From: a bacterium
GTDB taxonomy: Bacteria > RBG-13-61-14 > DATKZS01
Length of the DNA stretch: 64,000 bases
Direction: 5' to 3'
Assembly (NCBI GenBank): GCA_963674965.2
Contig: CAXXFL010000001.1
Span: 384,001 to 448,000 of the forward strand
The notes under the pieces: model-generated
Told to the model about the DNA's origin: nothing
What the model saw: the letters and a program-made list of their open reading frames with translations, nothing else
The model's database searches: none
Program-made: the position numbers and the translations under genes
Shown: positions 33,740-43,888 of the stretch, in pieces
Layout: the number at the start of each line of letters is the position of its first letter
Numbering within the stretch: the first letter of the stretch is position 1

Positions 33740-33905
33740 AGCGTGGAAAGGCCCCGGAAAAAACGGCCGCCGGGTGGCCTATGCAATATTGCCTTCAATT
33801 TTGCGCGGGCGGCGAAGCCGCCGGCTGATCGCCACTTATACCAATCGTATTGCAAGGCCTTTTTCAAGTGGAGGAGTCGAAAACAATCGTAATTTAGGAA
33901 ACAGC

Positions 33906-33968
33906 AATACTCAGCCCGCGGCTACGCCACACATGCATTTTTTGAAAACATAGATGGGCCACCCCGCG
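33906..33968. repeat. Dispersed repeat A, copy 1
   Basis: AATACTCAGCCCGCGGCTA...GGGCCACC matches the reverse complement of 45801-45862. Confidence 0.75.
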
Positions 33969-33987
33969 AGAGGGGGGAGCTGGCTAC

Positions 33988-34042
33988 CCATCCCGCTAAG
34001 CGGGACCCGCGCGGTTTCTTACGAAACCGGACGGGTCACCCG
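33988..34042. repeat. Dispersed repeat B, copy 2
   Basis: Direct repeat of 33575-33629. Confidence 0.8.
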
Positions 34043-34067
34043 GTGGTTGCCCGTACGGGAATGGCCC

Positions 34068-34149
34068 GGCCGGTTTTGCCAAAACCGCCCGGGGCCGGCG
34101 CAGCCGGATAGGTGGATCGGCATGACGGCTGAGACCGGTGGAAAGATGG
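34068..34149. repeat. Dispersed repeat C, copy 1
   Basis: GGCCGGTTTTG..AAAACCGCCCGGGGCCGGCG.AGCCGGATAGGTG...CGGTGGAAAGATGG recurs at 42547-42628. Confidence 0.8.
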
Positions 34150-34276
34150 GTTACGCCGGAGGTCTCACGCCTGAGGGCAATGTTACCTGTTGTTATATTT
34201 TCAGGAATAGCATATAATCATTCCTTAGCGGCTTTCAGGGTCCGATGTGGAGTGTTATTGGAAGAGGAGACGGAAG

Positions 34277-35170
34277 GTGAGGAACGCGCAAAGGACGATA
34301 ATTTCTATTTTGCTGCAGCAAGAAAGGCCGCTTTCTAAGACCTTTATAGTCAAGATTGCCTTTCTCCTTTCCAAGGAAACTCCGCAAAATCAACTCGGGC
34401 CATTTTATAAATTCCTTCCTTATAAATATGGTCCCTTCTCATTTGTTTTATATCGGGATATAAGCAATCTTGCTCAAACAGGATGGATAACGAAAAATAA
34501 TAGACTGGAAATCCTCGCCCATCGTAAATCAGAGGCTGAAAAAGAAGTCGAAAAAATGCCGCGTTTGCTTCGTTGCGGAGTATCGAATATACTCGAACAT
34601 TATGGATTTATGTCTTCAGAGGAACTGATCAACTTGGTTTACTCTCGTTACAAGTCTTATACTTACTTCAGTGAGTACAATGGACCAGACGGAGTAAAGC
34701 CTTTTTCGATTTCTCCTCCCGATGCTCCCATTGCAATATATACAATCGGATATGAAGGAGAGTCAGTGGACGGGTTCCTTGACGCTTGCGTTCAGAACGG
34801 GATAAGACAGCTACTGGACGTCAGAAACAACCCCATCTCTAGAAAGTGGGGATTCAGTAAGAGGAGGCTTTCCGACCTTTGTCATAAAATGAAGATGGAA
34901 TACCACCACCTGCCGGAACTTGGAATACCCGCAAGCAGCAGGAAAAACTTAGGCGCCTTGGAATCATACGAAGAACTCCTCGATCATTATGAAAAATCGA
35001 TATTGCCTCAGAGAGAAAAGGAGAAATGTCGTGCACTGGAACTGGTGTACAAAAAAGCATCGGCTTTAATGTGCATGGAGGCTGACGTCGCTTATTGCCA
35101 CCGGGGACGTCTGGCAAAGGAACTGGCCTATATTTCGGGACTCCCCATTAAGCATCTTAAGACGCAATGA
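34277..35170 (+). CDS. DUF488-domain protein with a Panacea/DUF4065-like N-terminal domain
   Basis: N-terminal KIAFLL...FLPYKYGPFSF; C-terminal IYTIGYEG, LLDVRNNPISRKWGFSK, HLPELG, LMCME...CHR; GTG start after GAGGAG; low GC. Confidence 0.85.
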   Translation: MRNAQRTIISILLQQERPLSKTFIVKIAFLLSKETPQNQLGPFYKFLPYKYGPFSFVLYRDISNLAQTGWITKNNRLEILAHRKSEAEKEVEKMPRLLRCGVSNILEHYGFMSSEELINLVYSRYKSYTYFSEYNGPDGVKPFSISPPDAPIAIYTIGYEGESVDGFLDACVQNGIRQLLDVRNNPISRKWGFSKRRLSDLCHKMKMEYHHLPELGIPASSRKNLGALESYEELLDHYEKSILPQREKEKCRALELVYKKASALMCMEADVAYCHRGRLAKELAYISGLPIKHLKTQ

Positions 35171-35946
35171 ATTATAAAAAGCGCAAGGTCCTGATCACGG
35201 TAAAGACTTATCCTTTGCCTTCTAAATTGTATGAGGAACTGGTATGCACCGCCGGGGTCCTGGAAGATGGAACCTTCATCCGGCTATATCCTATTGACTA
35301 TCGCTATATGCCTAGAGGGCAACAGTATAAAAAATATCAGTGGATTGAGGTTGAGGTCACGAAGAATCAGAAGGACGGCCGCAAGGAAAGCTTCAGGCCG
35401 AAACTTGATACCATCCGTCTTCTCGGAAAAGTTCTTGATACGAAAAACGGCTGGGCAGAACGCCGAAAATACGTTTTGGCCCGGGGAATTCATACCATGG
35501 AACAACTTGCCGAGAAGCAAGAAATAGACAATACATCTCTTGGGGTTGTTCGGCCAAAGGAAGTGAAAGATTTTATCATCGAACCGGATGATTGGGACTG
35601 GGATTCCAAGCATAAAGCCATTCTTATACAGCAGAATCTATTTGGCCCGGACAAAAAACCCCTCGAGAAAATTCCCTTCAAGTTCTCTTATGTTTTTACT
35701 TGTGACGACCCGAGATGCAATGGGCACAAAATGATGATCTCCGATTGGGAAGCCGGAGAACTGTACCGAAACATGAGAGATAAATACGGAGACGAAGAAA
35801 TCTCCACCCAAAAGGTTCGTGAAAAATTCTTAGGACAAATGTGCGCGCCAGATAAAGATACCCACTTTTTCGTTGGGACCTTGGCCAATTATCCAAAGTC
35901 ATGGATTGTCCTTGGAGTGTTTTGGCCAAGGAAAATTCGACTTTAG
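35167..35946 (+). CDS. Conserved-looking hypothetical protein coupled to the DUF488 gene (possible dual-OB-like, Cys/His metal site)
   Basis: ATGA overlap; VKTYP.PS..Y.E.VCTAG...FIRLYP and FTCDDPRCNGH...DWE motifs; low GC. Confidence 0.75.
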   Translation: MNYKKRKVLITVKTYPLPSKLYEELVCTAGVLEDGTFIRLYPIDYRYMPRGQQYKKYQWIEVEVTKNQKDGRKESFRPKLDTIRLLGKVLDTKNGWAERRKYVLARGIHTMEQLAEKQEIDNTSLGVVRPKEVKDFIIEPDDWDWDSKHKAILIQQNLFGPDKKPLEKIPFKFSYVFTCDDPRCNGHKMMISDWEAGELYRNMRDKYGDEEISTQKVREKFLGQMCAPDKDTHFFVGTLANYPKSWIVLGVFWPRKIRL

Positions 35947-36130
35947 GCGGCAGTAATTATTTTCGCGAGCCGACCCGGCGAAACTTCTTAGCGCTTGGAT
36001 AGCAAGGTATGGTACCATTGAGAATAGACGTGAGTACTAATAAGAAGCGCAGATTGAGAGATGATTGTCGAGGGACGCACGCGGTTCATGCAAAACGGTA
36101 GATGCGTCAAAGAACCCCTCACTCACCATA

Positions 36131-36517
36131 TTAATTTTCATCTTCAATCCAATTTTCTGGAAGAATAATAGCTGATCGATAATGCCTAAATATCTCCTTT
36201 AGTCTGTTTTTAGAATAATCACTTTTATTGCTGAAATGATTTATTAATAATTCACTATTCTCAAATAAACTTGGAGGTAATTCGGTTGTATTACCGTGTC
36301 TAATCAAAGCAATAATAATCTCCAGTAAATCGTCTGATATAGTATCTTCCAATTGATGCAATAATATTTCAACTGTAATTCCTATAGCTTTAAATGCTTC
36401 TTCAGAAGTCATTATATATACATTTTCACTCATGAATTTGCTCAAGTACCATTCATCATCAATAGGAGATTGCTTCCTTCTTTCGATAAAATTTAGCAAA
36501 TTATCATCAAATCTCAT
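36131..36517 (-). CDS. Very AT-rich hypothetical protein, possible orphan immunity protein
   Basis: 128-aa open frame in the most AT-rich patch; acidic, helical-looking composition. Confidence 0.6.
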   Translation of the reverse strand: MRFDDNLLNFIERRKQSPIDDEWYLSKFMSENVYIMTSEEAFKAIGITVEILLHQLEDTISDDLLEIIIALIRHGNTTELPPSLFENSELLINHFSNKSDYSKNRLKEIFRHYRSAIILPENWIEDEN

Positions 36518-36591
36518 TTTGGTTACGCCTTGAATTTATAATCAGGAAATTTTCCCGTGTTTCATTGCTGAATAAGATTTCTGCGAACAAA

Positions 36592-38109
36592 TCAAATCTC
36601 CACCCTCTCCCCCCTCGGGATGATCTTTTCCCTTTCGCCGTCTTCCGTGATCAGCTTGACCTTCATGCCGCCGTCGGGTTCCACTTGGAACTCGATCTCG
36701 ATATTCTCGATGGGGAGGGTCAGGTGGCCGCTCAGGCCGGAGGCCGCTTCCGGGAAGCTCGGCTCGAGACGCCTTTGGCCGCGGTCTTTCTTGAAGCCGA
36801 TAAGGCGCTCGATGAGGAGGGTGTTGGCCAGTCCGGTCCATCCCACGAACTGGGGCTTGGGCTTGTTGCCGTTTTGGAGGAGCTTGTAAAGGTTCCCCTT
36901 CTTGCGCGACAGTTCCTTGAGGTCGTGACGCTCGGGGTCGTAGAACTCGACGAACTTGCCCGTGTTGTCGTAGGTTTTATAGACCCCGTCCACCACCTTG
37001 TAGGAGAGGACGGCGGCGTCCTCCTTGTAGCCGTAGCGCTCGAGCCCGACTATGGCCATGTAGGCGGTGTTGATCCAGACGGGCCCTCTCCAGCAGTCCT
37101 TTTCAAAGGTGGGGTCGTCGAGGGCGGTGGAGGGCACGGGGAAAGGCGCGTTGAACTCGGCCGGGTCCATTATGTGTCCTCGGATTATTCGGGCCCTTTC
37201 CTTATCCGGGATACCGGCGAAAAGTGGGAAGAGGGAGGCGATGGTCCGTATTTTCACCAGCTCGCCCGAGGCCAGGTCCAGGTCGTAATAATAGCCGGTG
37301 GCCTCGTCCCAGTTCATCTCGTTGACCAGCGCGGCCAGTTCGGCGGCCTTGGCCGTAAAGTCTTCCGCTTCGGCGTCGCGTCCCAGCTCGCGGGCCATAA
37401 GGGCCAGGGTCTCGTCCTGGCGGACTATATAGGAGTTGACGTCGATGGCGGCTATGGCGGTCAGGTCCTTTTTGACTTTCTCGTCGCGGGAGGAGAAGCG
37501 GGGAGAGTTGTCGATGCCAGACTCGTAAGAATGAATCCAGTAGAACAACCCGTTATCGAGGCGCCGGTTCTCGTAATACCAGCGGTTGTAGTCCTTGAGG
37601 GCCGGATAAACGCGGGCCAGGTATCGCGAGTCGCCGCTCCAGAGGTAGTTCTCCCAAACCGACCAGGTCATGACCGGCGGCTGGGTATAGTCGCTCTTGT
37701 CGTGGGGGTTGGCAAAGTGCGGCAGCCGCCCGCCGTCCGCGTGATCGATCACGGCCCGGTTGACGTCCTGGGCAACGGCCGCGTCCCATGGCTTCCAGAC
37801 CTGGGCGATAAAGGCCGTGTCCCACAAGTAGGCGCTGCGGAAAGTCGGCGCCGGCCAGGCGTACCGGGTATCGAAATATTTGTTCGGCATGTTAAGGTTC
37901 ATAAGGAGAGTTTTATTGACGTCCTCGAAGCCCTTGCCCCAGTACCGGGACTCCTCGCGCCCAGGATCGATAGCCAAAGACGGCGCCGGGGCCAAAACGT
38001 CCTTTTTGCTATAATCGATATCAGGCAAGCGCTGGAAAACCGGATAAGAACAGGACGCGCAAATTATGGTAATAAAAAGCATAATTGATAAAAACGTTCT
38101 TTGTTTCAT
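36592..38109 (-). CDS. GH63/MGH1-like (trehalase-like) glycoside hydrolase, lipoprotein
   Basis: YLWDTAF, TQPPV, ESGIDNSPRF, WRGPVWINTAY, EFYDP; lipobox CASC; GAGG RBS before ATG 38109. Confidence 0.85.
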   Translation of the reverse strand: MKQRTFLSIMLFITIICASCSYPVFQRLPDIDYSKKDVLAPAPSLAIDPGREESRYWGKGFEDVNKTLLMNLNMPNKYFDTRYAWPAPTFRSAYLWDTAFIAQVWKPWDAAVAQDVNRAVIDHADGGRLPHFANPHDKSDYTQPPVMTWSVWENYLWSGDSRYLARVYPALKDYNRWYYENRRLDNGLFYWIHSYESGIDNSPRFSSRDEKVKKDLTAIAAIDVNSYIVRQDETLALMARELGRDAEAEDFTAKAAELAALVNEMNWDEATGYYYDLDLASGELVKIRTIASLFPLFAGIPDKERARIIRGHIMDPAEFNAPFPVPSTALDDPTFEKDCWRGPVWINTAYMAIVGLERYGYKEDAAVLSYKVVDGVYKTYDNTGKFVEFYDPERHDLKELSRKKGNLYKLLQNGNKPKPQFVGWTGLANTLLIERLIGFKKDRGQRRLEPSFPEAASGLSGHLTLPIENIEIEFQVEPDGGMKVKLITEDGEREKIIPRGERVEI

Positions 38110-38219
38110 TGTCACTTCCTCTATGGCTGGGTTTTGCACGGATAACTTGAATTTTCCTTGCGGGCCATGAGCCGATAGGCGCGGAAAAAAGAAGGACCCC
38201 CTTGGCGGATTTTTTCCCG

Positions 38220-38260
38220 CGGCTTGCGCCCCGCGGATAGGCAAGCTATCCGCGCCACCC
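38220..38260. repeat. Dispersed palindromic repeat D, copy 1
   Basis: CGCGGATAGGCAAGCTATCCGCGCCACCC hairpin; inverted copy at 45983-46023. Confidence 0.75.
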
Positions 38261-38417
38261 TTGGTATTTTCCTACGGCTTGAGCCAGGCGGACAGGCTGT
38301 CCACGCCACCCATGGTTTGTTTCCACCCGCGACAACCTTCATGTATACCCGCTTTTTGAGACGAAGGTATCTTGCCACGGCAATAGCCCATGGGTCAAGG
38401 AGGAAGCGGGAATAAAT

Positions 38418-39836
38418 TTACGAGTCGGCTTTTCCGTTAAGCGAGATCGACCTGTTTATCGCCCTCAAGCATCGGTTGATGGTGGGAAAGACCGGGAAGC
38501 CGCTTTTCTGGAATTCCCTTTCCGCCTCGAGGCGCGCGGCCTGTTCCGTGGTGTGCATGAACACGACGTAGACGGGCTTCTTGAAATCCTTGAAGGCGTT
38601 AATAAGGGCCTTGACCAGGAAGCCGGACCACTTCTCGGCGTATTTACCCATATAAGTCAGGTACTCGATGGCGCACATGAGGACAAAGCCGTCCACGTTG
38701 GGGTCCGCGTCGAAGAGCGGGTAAATTTTATCGAAGTTCTGAGGCTGGAAGAATTTGGCCGCCATGTCGATGGGATTATGCAGGCTCGTGCCCGGCGCCT
38801 CGAGGTATTTTGCCAGGAGTTCCCTCGTGTCATCGGCCAGCTCGGGCATGTCGAAACCGGCGCTGACCACGCGGTCGGTGGCGAAGACCCCGAAGCCTCC
38901 CGACACGGTAAGAAGGCAAAGTCTTTTGCCCTTCGGCGAGCGGCTGTGGCCCATCAAGCCGGCCAGGTCGAACATCTCGTCAAAGTCGTCCACCATCATG
39001 GCCCCGGCCTGTTTGACCATGGCCCGCCAGGCGTCGCCCGCTCCGGTAAGCGCGCCGGTATGGGAGGCCACGGCCCGGTCGCCCAGTTCGGTGATGCCGC
39101 CCTTTAGTACTATCACCGGCTTGCGGGCCGCCGCGTCCCTTAAGGCCGCCTTCAGCTCGGCCGGACGGCGGGTCCCCTCCACGTACAGGCAGATGACCTC
39201 GGTGACGGGGTCGCGCGACATGTAATGGAGGAACTCGGGCGGTCCCAGGTCGGACTCGTTTCCATAGCTCACTCCCTGGGAAAGACCCAGGCCCTTTTCC
39301 TGCGCCATGATGGCCCCGGTAATGCACACGCCGCCGCTCTGGCTGATGAGGCCCACCTTGCCGCTCTCGATGGGAGGCATGTCCGCCCTGATGGTCATGC
39401 CCACCTCGGGCGAGACCATGCCCATGCAGTTGGGTCCGATGATCCTCACCCCGCCGGACCTGGCGATCCGGGTGACCTCCTCCTCGAGGGCCGCGTTCTC
39501 AGGCCGGCCCGACTCCCGGAAGCCGGACGAGAAAATGGTCACCACCTTGACGCCCTTTTTCGCGCAGTCCCGCATAACCTCGGGTACGCCCCTCGAGGGT
39601 ATGCAGATTTTAACGTGGTCAACCGGACCGGGTATGTCCGCCACCGAGGCATAAGTCGGATACCGCTCTATTTTCTTGCCGGCGTTGACGGCGTAAAGTT
39701 CGCCTTTAAAACCGTTTTTTTGATAGCCGTTCAGGAAGTGTATTCCCTGATTGTCGATCCGTTCGCTGGCTCCCACCGCGGCCATGGACCGGGGATGGAA
39801 GATGGCGTCCATTTGTTCGTATAGGTTGTCGGTCAT
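38418..39836 (-). CDS. Acyl-CoA synthetase (NDP-forming) alpha-type CoA-binding subunit
   Basis: AVGAS, SSGFRE, IGPNCMG, ISQSGG, ASHTGAL phospho-His, HNPIDM. Confidence 0.9.
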   Translation of the reverse strand: MTDNLYEQMDAIFHPRSMAAVGASERIDNQGIHFLNGYQKNGFKGELYAVNAGKKIERYPTYASVADIPGPVDHVKICIPSRGVPEVMRDCAKKGVKVVTIFSSGFRESGRPENAALEEEVTRIARSGGVRIIGPNCMGMVSPEVGMTIRADMPPIESGKVGLISQSGGVCITGAIMAQEKGLGLSQGVSYGNESDLGPPEFLHYMSRDPVTEVICLYVEGTRRPAELKAALRDAAARKPVIVLKGGITELGDRAVASHTGALTGAGDAWRAMVKQAGAMMVDDFDEMFDLAGLMGHSRSPKGKRLCLLTVSGGFGVFATDRVVSAGFDMPELADDTRELLAKYLEAPGTSLHNPIDMAAKFFQPQNFDKIYPLFDADPNVDGFVLMCAIEYLTYMGKYAEKWSGFLVKALINAFKDFKKPVYVVFMHTTEQAARLEAEREFQKSGFPVFPTINRCLRAINRSISLNGKADS

Positions 39837-39974
39837 GGGTCCCTCCAGATAACTATCGTTATGTTAACGGATGGGAACAAAACAGTCAAAAGACCACCCG
39901 GCCTATAGCAAAGCTCTCCTTTTCAGGCCCTGAGGAAAAGCCTCGCTTTAGAAAAATGATTTTTAGCGTCCGGA

Positions 39975-41354
39975 TTAAACTAGTTTGTCGGCAAGCTCCA
40001 GCGCCGACGAGGCGGCGAGTTCGGTGCCTATCCCGTGCCCTCCAGCCTCGGCCGAGCAGAGAAACAAATTCTCGACCGGAGTCTCGTGGGTGGGTCTTCT
40101 TTCATGCACCTGGTCGACGGTCTGGCCCACGCCGATCACGTTGCCGTCCTCCCCCGCGTACTTCTCGACCACGTCGGGGGAATCGATCGCGGCCCATAGC
40201 ACGTGGTCCTCCATGCCTGGGAACATTTTGTACATGGCCTCGAGAAGTATCCGCTTCCACTCGTCCCAGTCCTGGCCCCTCTCGCACCTGGTCCCGAAGA
40301 AGATAAGCTGGCCGCCCTCGGGCGCGAGGTCGGGATCGAAGTTGGTGGGCGAATTGAGCATGCCTCCCGCCACCATGGGCATGGGGCCGCCCTCGATGTA
40401 GGCGCGCTGTACCTCCTCCATTTCCTCGTCCGACAGGTCCGGCGCGTACATGATCATCTTCTGGTCCGTTACCTTGTTATCGAGCGCCACTTTAAGGGCG
40501 CACACGTGGGCCGTGTATGTAAGGCCCTTTACTCTTTCCACGTATTCCGCCGGGAAATGGCCCTCTCCGGCCAGTTCGAGCACGGTGGCCTTGATATCCG
40601 CGTTGGACACGACCTTTTCCGCCTCGATGGCCCGCCCTCCCACGACCACGCCTTTGGCCGCGCCGTTCTCGATGAGTATCTTGTCCACCGGGCACGACAG
40701 CCGGACCTCTCCCCCGTTCTTCTCGATTATCCGCCGGTAGGCCTCGGGTATGGCCACGCAGCCGCCCCTGGGGTAGCCGGAGCTTTTGTTCTTCATCACG
40801 CCCTTCAGGCAGAGGATGAACTCGGTAGTGCTGGCCACGTCGGGAGTCACGCAAAGGTAGATGCCGCAAAGCATGCCGAACATGGCCAGCACGGCCCGGT
40901 CCTCGGTGAAGCGGAAAATCCAGTCCTGGAGGGACACGTACCAGAGCTTGTCCAGGTCCTGGTCGGTCATGGTCATGACGCTCATGAAAATTTGGGCCAG
41001 GGGACCCAGGTCCTTCTTCTCCACGTTCTTCATCATCAGGTCGCGCGTAAAGGGGACCGTTTGACCCTTGAAGTGCATGGCCACGCGCGGGTTGCGGGCA
41101 AGGACCCAGTCGATGGCGTCCGGCTCGCCCGCCCGGCGGCATACCTCGCCCAGCGGCCCGGCTCCGCCCTCCCCGAAAAGATGGACGCCCACGTCCACCA
41201 CGAAGCCGTCCCTTTTATAGGAGGCGCAACGGCCGCCTATGATCGAGTTCTTCTCGAGAAGCGCCACCTTTTGGCCCCGGGCCGATAAAAGCGCCCCCAG
41301 CGCCGCGCCCCCTATTCCTCCCCCCACGATGACAACGTCGGTCTTGCCGGGCAT
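39975..41354 (-). CDS. Phytoene desaturase-like FAD-dependent oxidoreductase
   Basis: IVGGGIGG, EKNSIIGGRC, GFVVDVGVH, YPRGG, TPVENLFL. Confidence 0.85.
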   Translation of the reverse strand: MPGKTDVVIVGGGIGGAALGALLSARGQKVALLEKNSIIGGRCASYKRDGFVVDVGVHLFGEGGAGPLGEVCRRAGEPDAIDWVLARNPRVAMHFKGQTVPFTRDLMMKNVEKKDLGPLAQIFMSVMTMTDQDLDKLWYVSLQDWIFRFTEDRAVLAMFGMLCGIYLCVTPDVASTTEFILCLKGVMKNKSSGYPRGGCVAIPEAYRRIIEKNGGEVRLSCPVDKILIENGAAKGVVVGGRAIEAEKVVSNADIKATVLELAGEGHFPAEYVERVKGLTYTAHVCALKVALDNKVTDQKMIMYAPDLSDEEMEEVQRAYIEGGPMPMVAGGMLNSPTNFDPDLAPEGGQLIFFGTRCERGQDWDEWKRILLEAMYKMFPGMEDHVLWAAIDSPDVVEKYAGEDGNVIGVGQTVDQVHERRPTHETPVENLFLCSAEAGGHGIGTELAASSALELADKLV

Positions 41355-41516
41355 GGTCCCTCCTTGAACTCCGGGCCGGTACGGGTTAACTCACGGCCGA
41401 TATATTACCTCTCGAAATAGTCTTCTTTTCCTGGGCGATTATAAGATAACATTCGGTATTGACACAACCCGGCCGGTATAAGTAAAATCCAGCTAACTAT
41501 CGAGGAGGAAAATATC

Positions 41517-42497
41517 ATGAGCGCGAACCGTGAAGCACTGGTGGTGGGGGCCGGACCGGCGGGCCTGGTGGCCGCGATCAACCTGGCCCGAGACGGGTTC
41601 GAGGTGACCCTGTTCGAGAAGGAGCCGAAAATAGGCGGCAACCCCGAGTGGCACCCCTCCGCCCACGCCACGCCCCTCAAGGGACCCGAGACGTGGGAGT
41701 ACATCGGCATAGACTGCTCGAGCTGCTTCGTGGACTGCTCAGAGCGCTGCGACGTGTACATGAGCGAGAAGAAGCTCCAGATCGGACGCATTCCCCAGAG
41801 CCTGTGGGTTTGCGAGCGCGGCGGCCGCGAGACGTCCCTCGATTATCACCTTTACAAGACGGCCCTGGCCGAAAGCGTGAAGTTCGAGTTCGGCCGGAAC
41901 TTCTCGCCCGAGGACATGAAGGACGCGCCCGAGACGACCATATTGGCCGCGGGGCTTACGCCCTCCATCTACAAATACCTGGACAAGCCTTACTCGACCT
42001 ACGCGGGTTACCACGCCTTCCAGGACCACCCGGTGAAGGACTACCGGGCCGCCATCTACTTTGGCGGGCTGGGCAAGGAATACGGCTACACCAGCGCCAT
42101 TAACGGCATCTGGTACGTGCTGTTATTCTCGAGGGGCGAGATGCCCACCGAGAACCTGGATTACTTCGCGGGCATGATGGACCGGATCGAGGGCAAGAAT
42201 ATAGGGGAGTGGCGAAAGTTCGTGGGCGCCACGCCCAAGGAGGGCCCCGAGTTCAAGAGGTGGGACAGGTTCATCCTGGCCGGAACCCTGGCGGGATTCA
42301 TCGAGACCAACCTGGGCTTCGGCATCACCGGCGCCCTCATCTCCGGCAAGATAGCCGCCCGCGCCGCCACTGACCCAGAGGGGGCCCAAAAAGAGTTCGC
42401 CTCCTTCACCGACGGCATCAAGGCCCGCATCGCCCAGCGAAAAAAAGGCAACGTGGGCATAGGCTTCCAGATGGGCGAGGTGTGGTTTAAGATTTGA
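41517..42497 (+). CDS. FAD-dependent oxidoreductase (geranylgeranyl reductase-like)
   Basis: VVGAGPAG, LAGTLAGF...GFGITGALISGKIAA; TTGACA-N18-TAAAAT promoter at 41459-41488. Confidence 0.8.
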   Translation: MSANREALVVGAGPAGLVAAINLARDGFEVTLFEKEPKIGGNPEWHPSAHATPLKGPETWEYIGIDCSSCFVDCSERCDVYMSEKKLQIGRIPQSLWVCERGGRETSLDYHLYKTALAESVKFEFGRNFSPEDMKDAPETTILAAGLTPSIYKYLDKPYSTYAGYHAFQDHPVKDYRAAIYFGGLGKEYGYTSAINGIWYVLLFSRGEMPTENLDYFAGMMDRIEGKNIGEWRKFVGATPKEGPEFKRWDRFILAGTLAGFIETNLGFGITGALISGKIAARAATDPEGAQKEFASFTDGIKARIAQRKKGNVGIGFQMGEVWFKI

Positions 42498-42546
42498 CTC
42501 CTTAAGGCGCCCCCTCCGGCTTGTGACCAGGGCGCTCGGGTGGCTT

Positions 42547-42628
42547 GGCCGGTTTTGTAAAAAACCGCCCGGGGCCGGCGAAGCCGGATAGGTGATGGAC
42601 AAGATGGAAAAGGACGGTGGAAAGATGG
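42547..42628. repeat. Dispersed repeat C, copy 2
   Basis: Direct repeat of 34068-34149. Confidence 0.8.
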
Positions 42629-42931
42629 AATAACGAGAGGGGCGGCCCAGGATGCCCATCCCGCAAAAAGCATGAAAGGAGAATCTGTTATGTCCAAAAA
42701 GAATGCTACAGTATCAATCCAAATAAGTGGGATGACATTTTTGAAGAATTCAAGGTAATGTTGCATACGGCGAGATGTTCGAAATTGACGCGGCAAATCT
42801 TCTGGGGGGTGGGCTTGCGGGATATGTGGGCTTTGGCCATAAATAGTAGTAGTTCCTCAACCTCGGTCTATATAAGTTGGGAATAAATCGGGTTTAAGAT
42901 AATTGACTGATTATTCCGTCCACGGGAGTGT

Positions 42932-43876
42932 TTGGTGAGCAAAAGAAGAGTTCGGTTAATGCTCGAGGTGGTAATGGTCGCTTTGGCGTTTATTGCCGGG
43001 TGCGCTGGCGAGTACGGCGTCGTGGGCATGAGGCCGGGCGTGGAGGTCTCACGCCTGGCGGACGCGGACCGGGAATTCGACGGGGAGGATTGGCGGTACC
43101 CGGAGGCGGGGGACGTGGTGAGGTTCGTGGGGGAGGACTACGGACACTTGCGCCGCGGCCGCGTCGAGACCGCGCGGGAAGGCGACCGCTTCTTCTTCCA
43201 GGGCAGGCTCTACCTCGCCCTCCACAAAGGCCAAGCCCAGGATGAATTAGCCGTCCAACCCACCGAGATCGTCCGAAGCCGGGTCGTCCGTACCTTCAAG
43301 CGCCCCGCCGACGAACTCGTCGACCTCCTCATCCTGTACGAGTCCGGCCAAGAATCCCTCATCACCGGCACCCCCGAGCACCCCTTCTTCGTCCCCGCCG
43401 TAAACGACTACGTCCCCATGGGCGAGTTGCGGCAAGGAACGGTCCTGAAAACGGACGACGGCTCAGTGGCCACTGTCAAGTCCGCTACAACCCGACACGG
43501 AGATTACAAGGTTTACAACTTTGAGGTCGAAGGCGTTCATAATTATTATGTAGTAATAAAGAATGGCGGGCATAGTGTTCTCGTACATAATAATTGCAGC
43601 GTGATTGATGATTCTGCTGAATATGCAGCATATTGGACAAGAAAAGCACCAAACCAAGTTACGCCAGGAACAAAGAGATTAGATCATCTGCGTGAAAGCG
43701 GGCGCACCGGAAGAATGGAAAAATCAAGAGTGATATATGACGATTATGGTAGACAGACGTATCGTGTTGACATGACTGACCATATGCGTCCTAATGATCA
43801 TAGTAATCCTCATCTTCATGTACGTACATATAATTCACGTCCTGGAAATCATAATTACACTGATGGAAGATTTTAG
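42932..43876 (+). CDS. Polymorphic toxin C-terminal module: Hint (pretoxin) domain + His-rich nuclease-like toxin tip (Ntox24-like); probably 5'-truncated
   Basis: ITGTPEHPFFV, VYNFEVEGVHNYYV, VLVHNNC, then YDDYGRQTYRVDMTDH...HSNPHLH; GC drops sharply near 43500. Confidence 0.85.
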   Translation: MVSKRRVRLMLEVVMVALAFIAGCAGEYGVVGMRPGVEVSRLADADREFDGEDWRYPEAGDVVRFVGEDYGHLRRGRVETAREGDRFFFQGRLYLALHKGQAQDELAVQPTEIVRSRVVRTFKRPADELVDLLILYESGQESLITGTPEHPFFVPAVNDYVPMGELRQGTVLKTDDGSVATVKSATTRHGDYKVYNFEVEGVHNYYVVIKNGGHSVLVHNNCSVIDDSAEYAAYWTRKAPNQVTPGTKRLDHLRESGRTGRMEKSRVIYDDYGRQTYRVDMTDHMRPNDHSNPHLHVRTYNSRPGNHNYTDGRF

Positions 43877-43888
43877 CGGAGGGACAAT

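Noticed and set aside
33575-34149. Possible CRISPR array or integron attC array
   Set aside because: Repeats are of different types, irregularly spaced, with no constant repeat-spacer period; no cas or integrase gene in the window.
42617-42931. 89-aa ORF and an upstream in-frame Cys (CLVSKRRV) as a Hint N-terminus
   Set aside because: The ORF begins inside repeat C and has no motifs; the Cys has no upstream start before a stop at 42908 and only weakly resembles intein block A.
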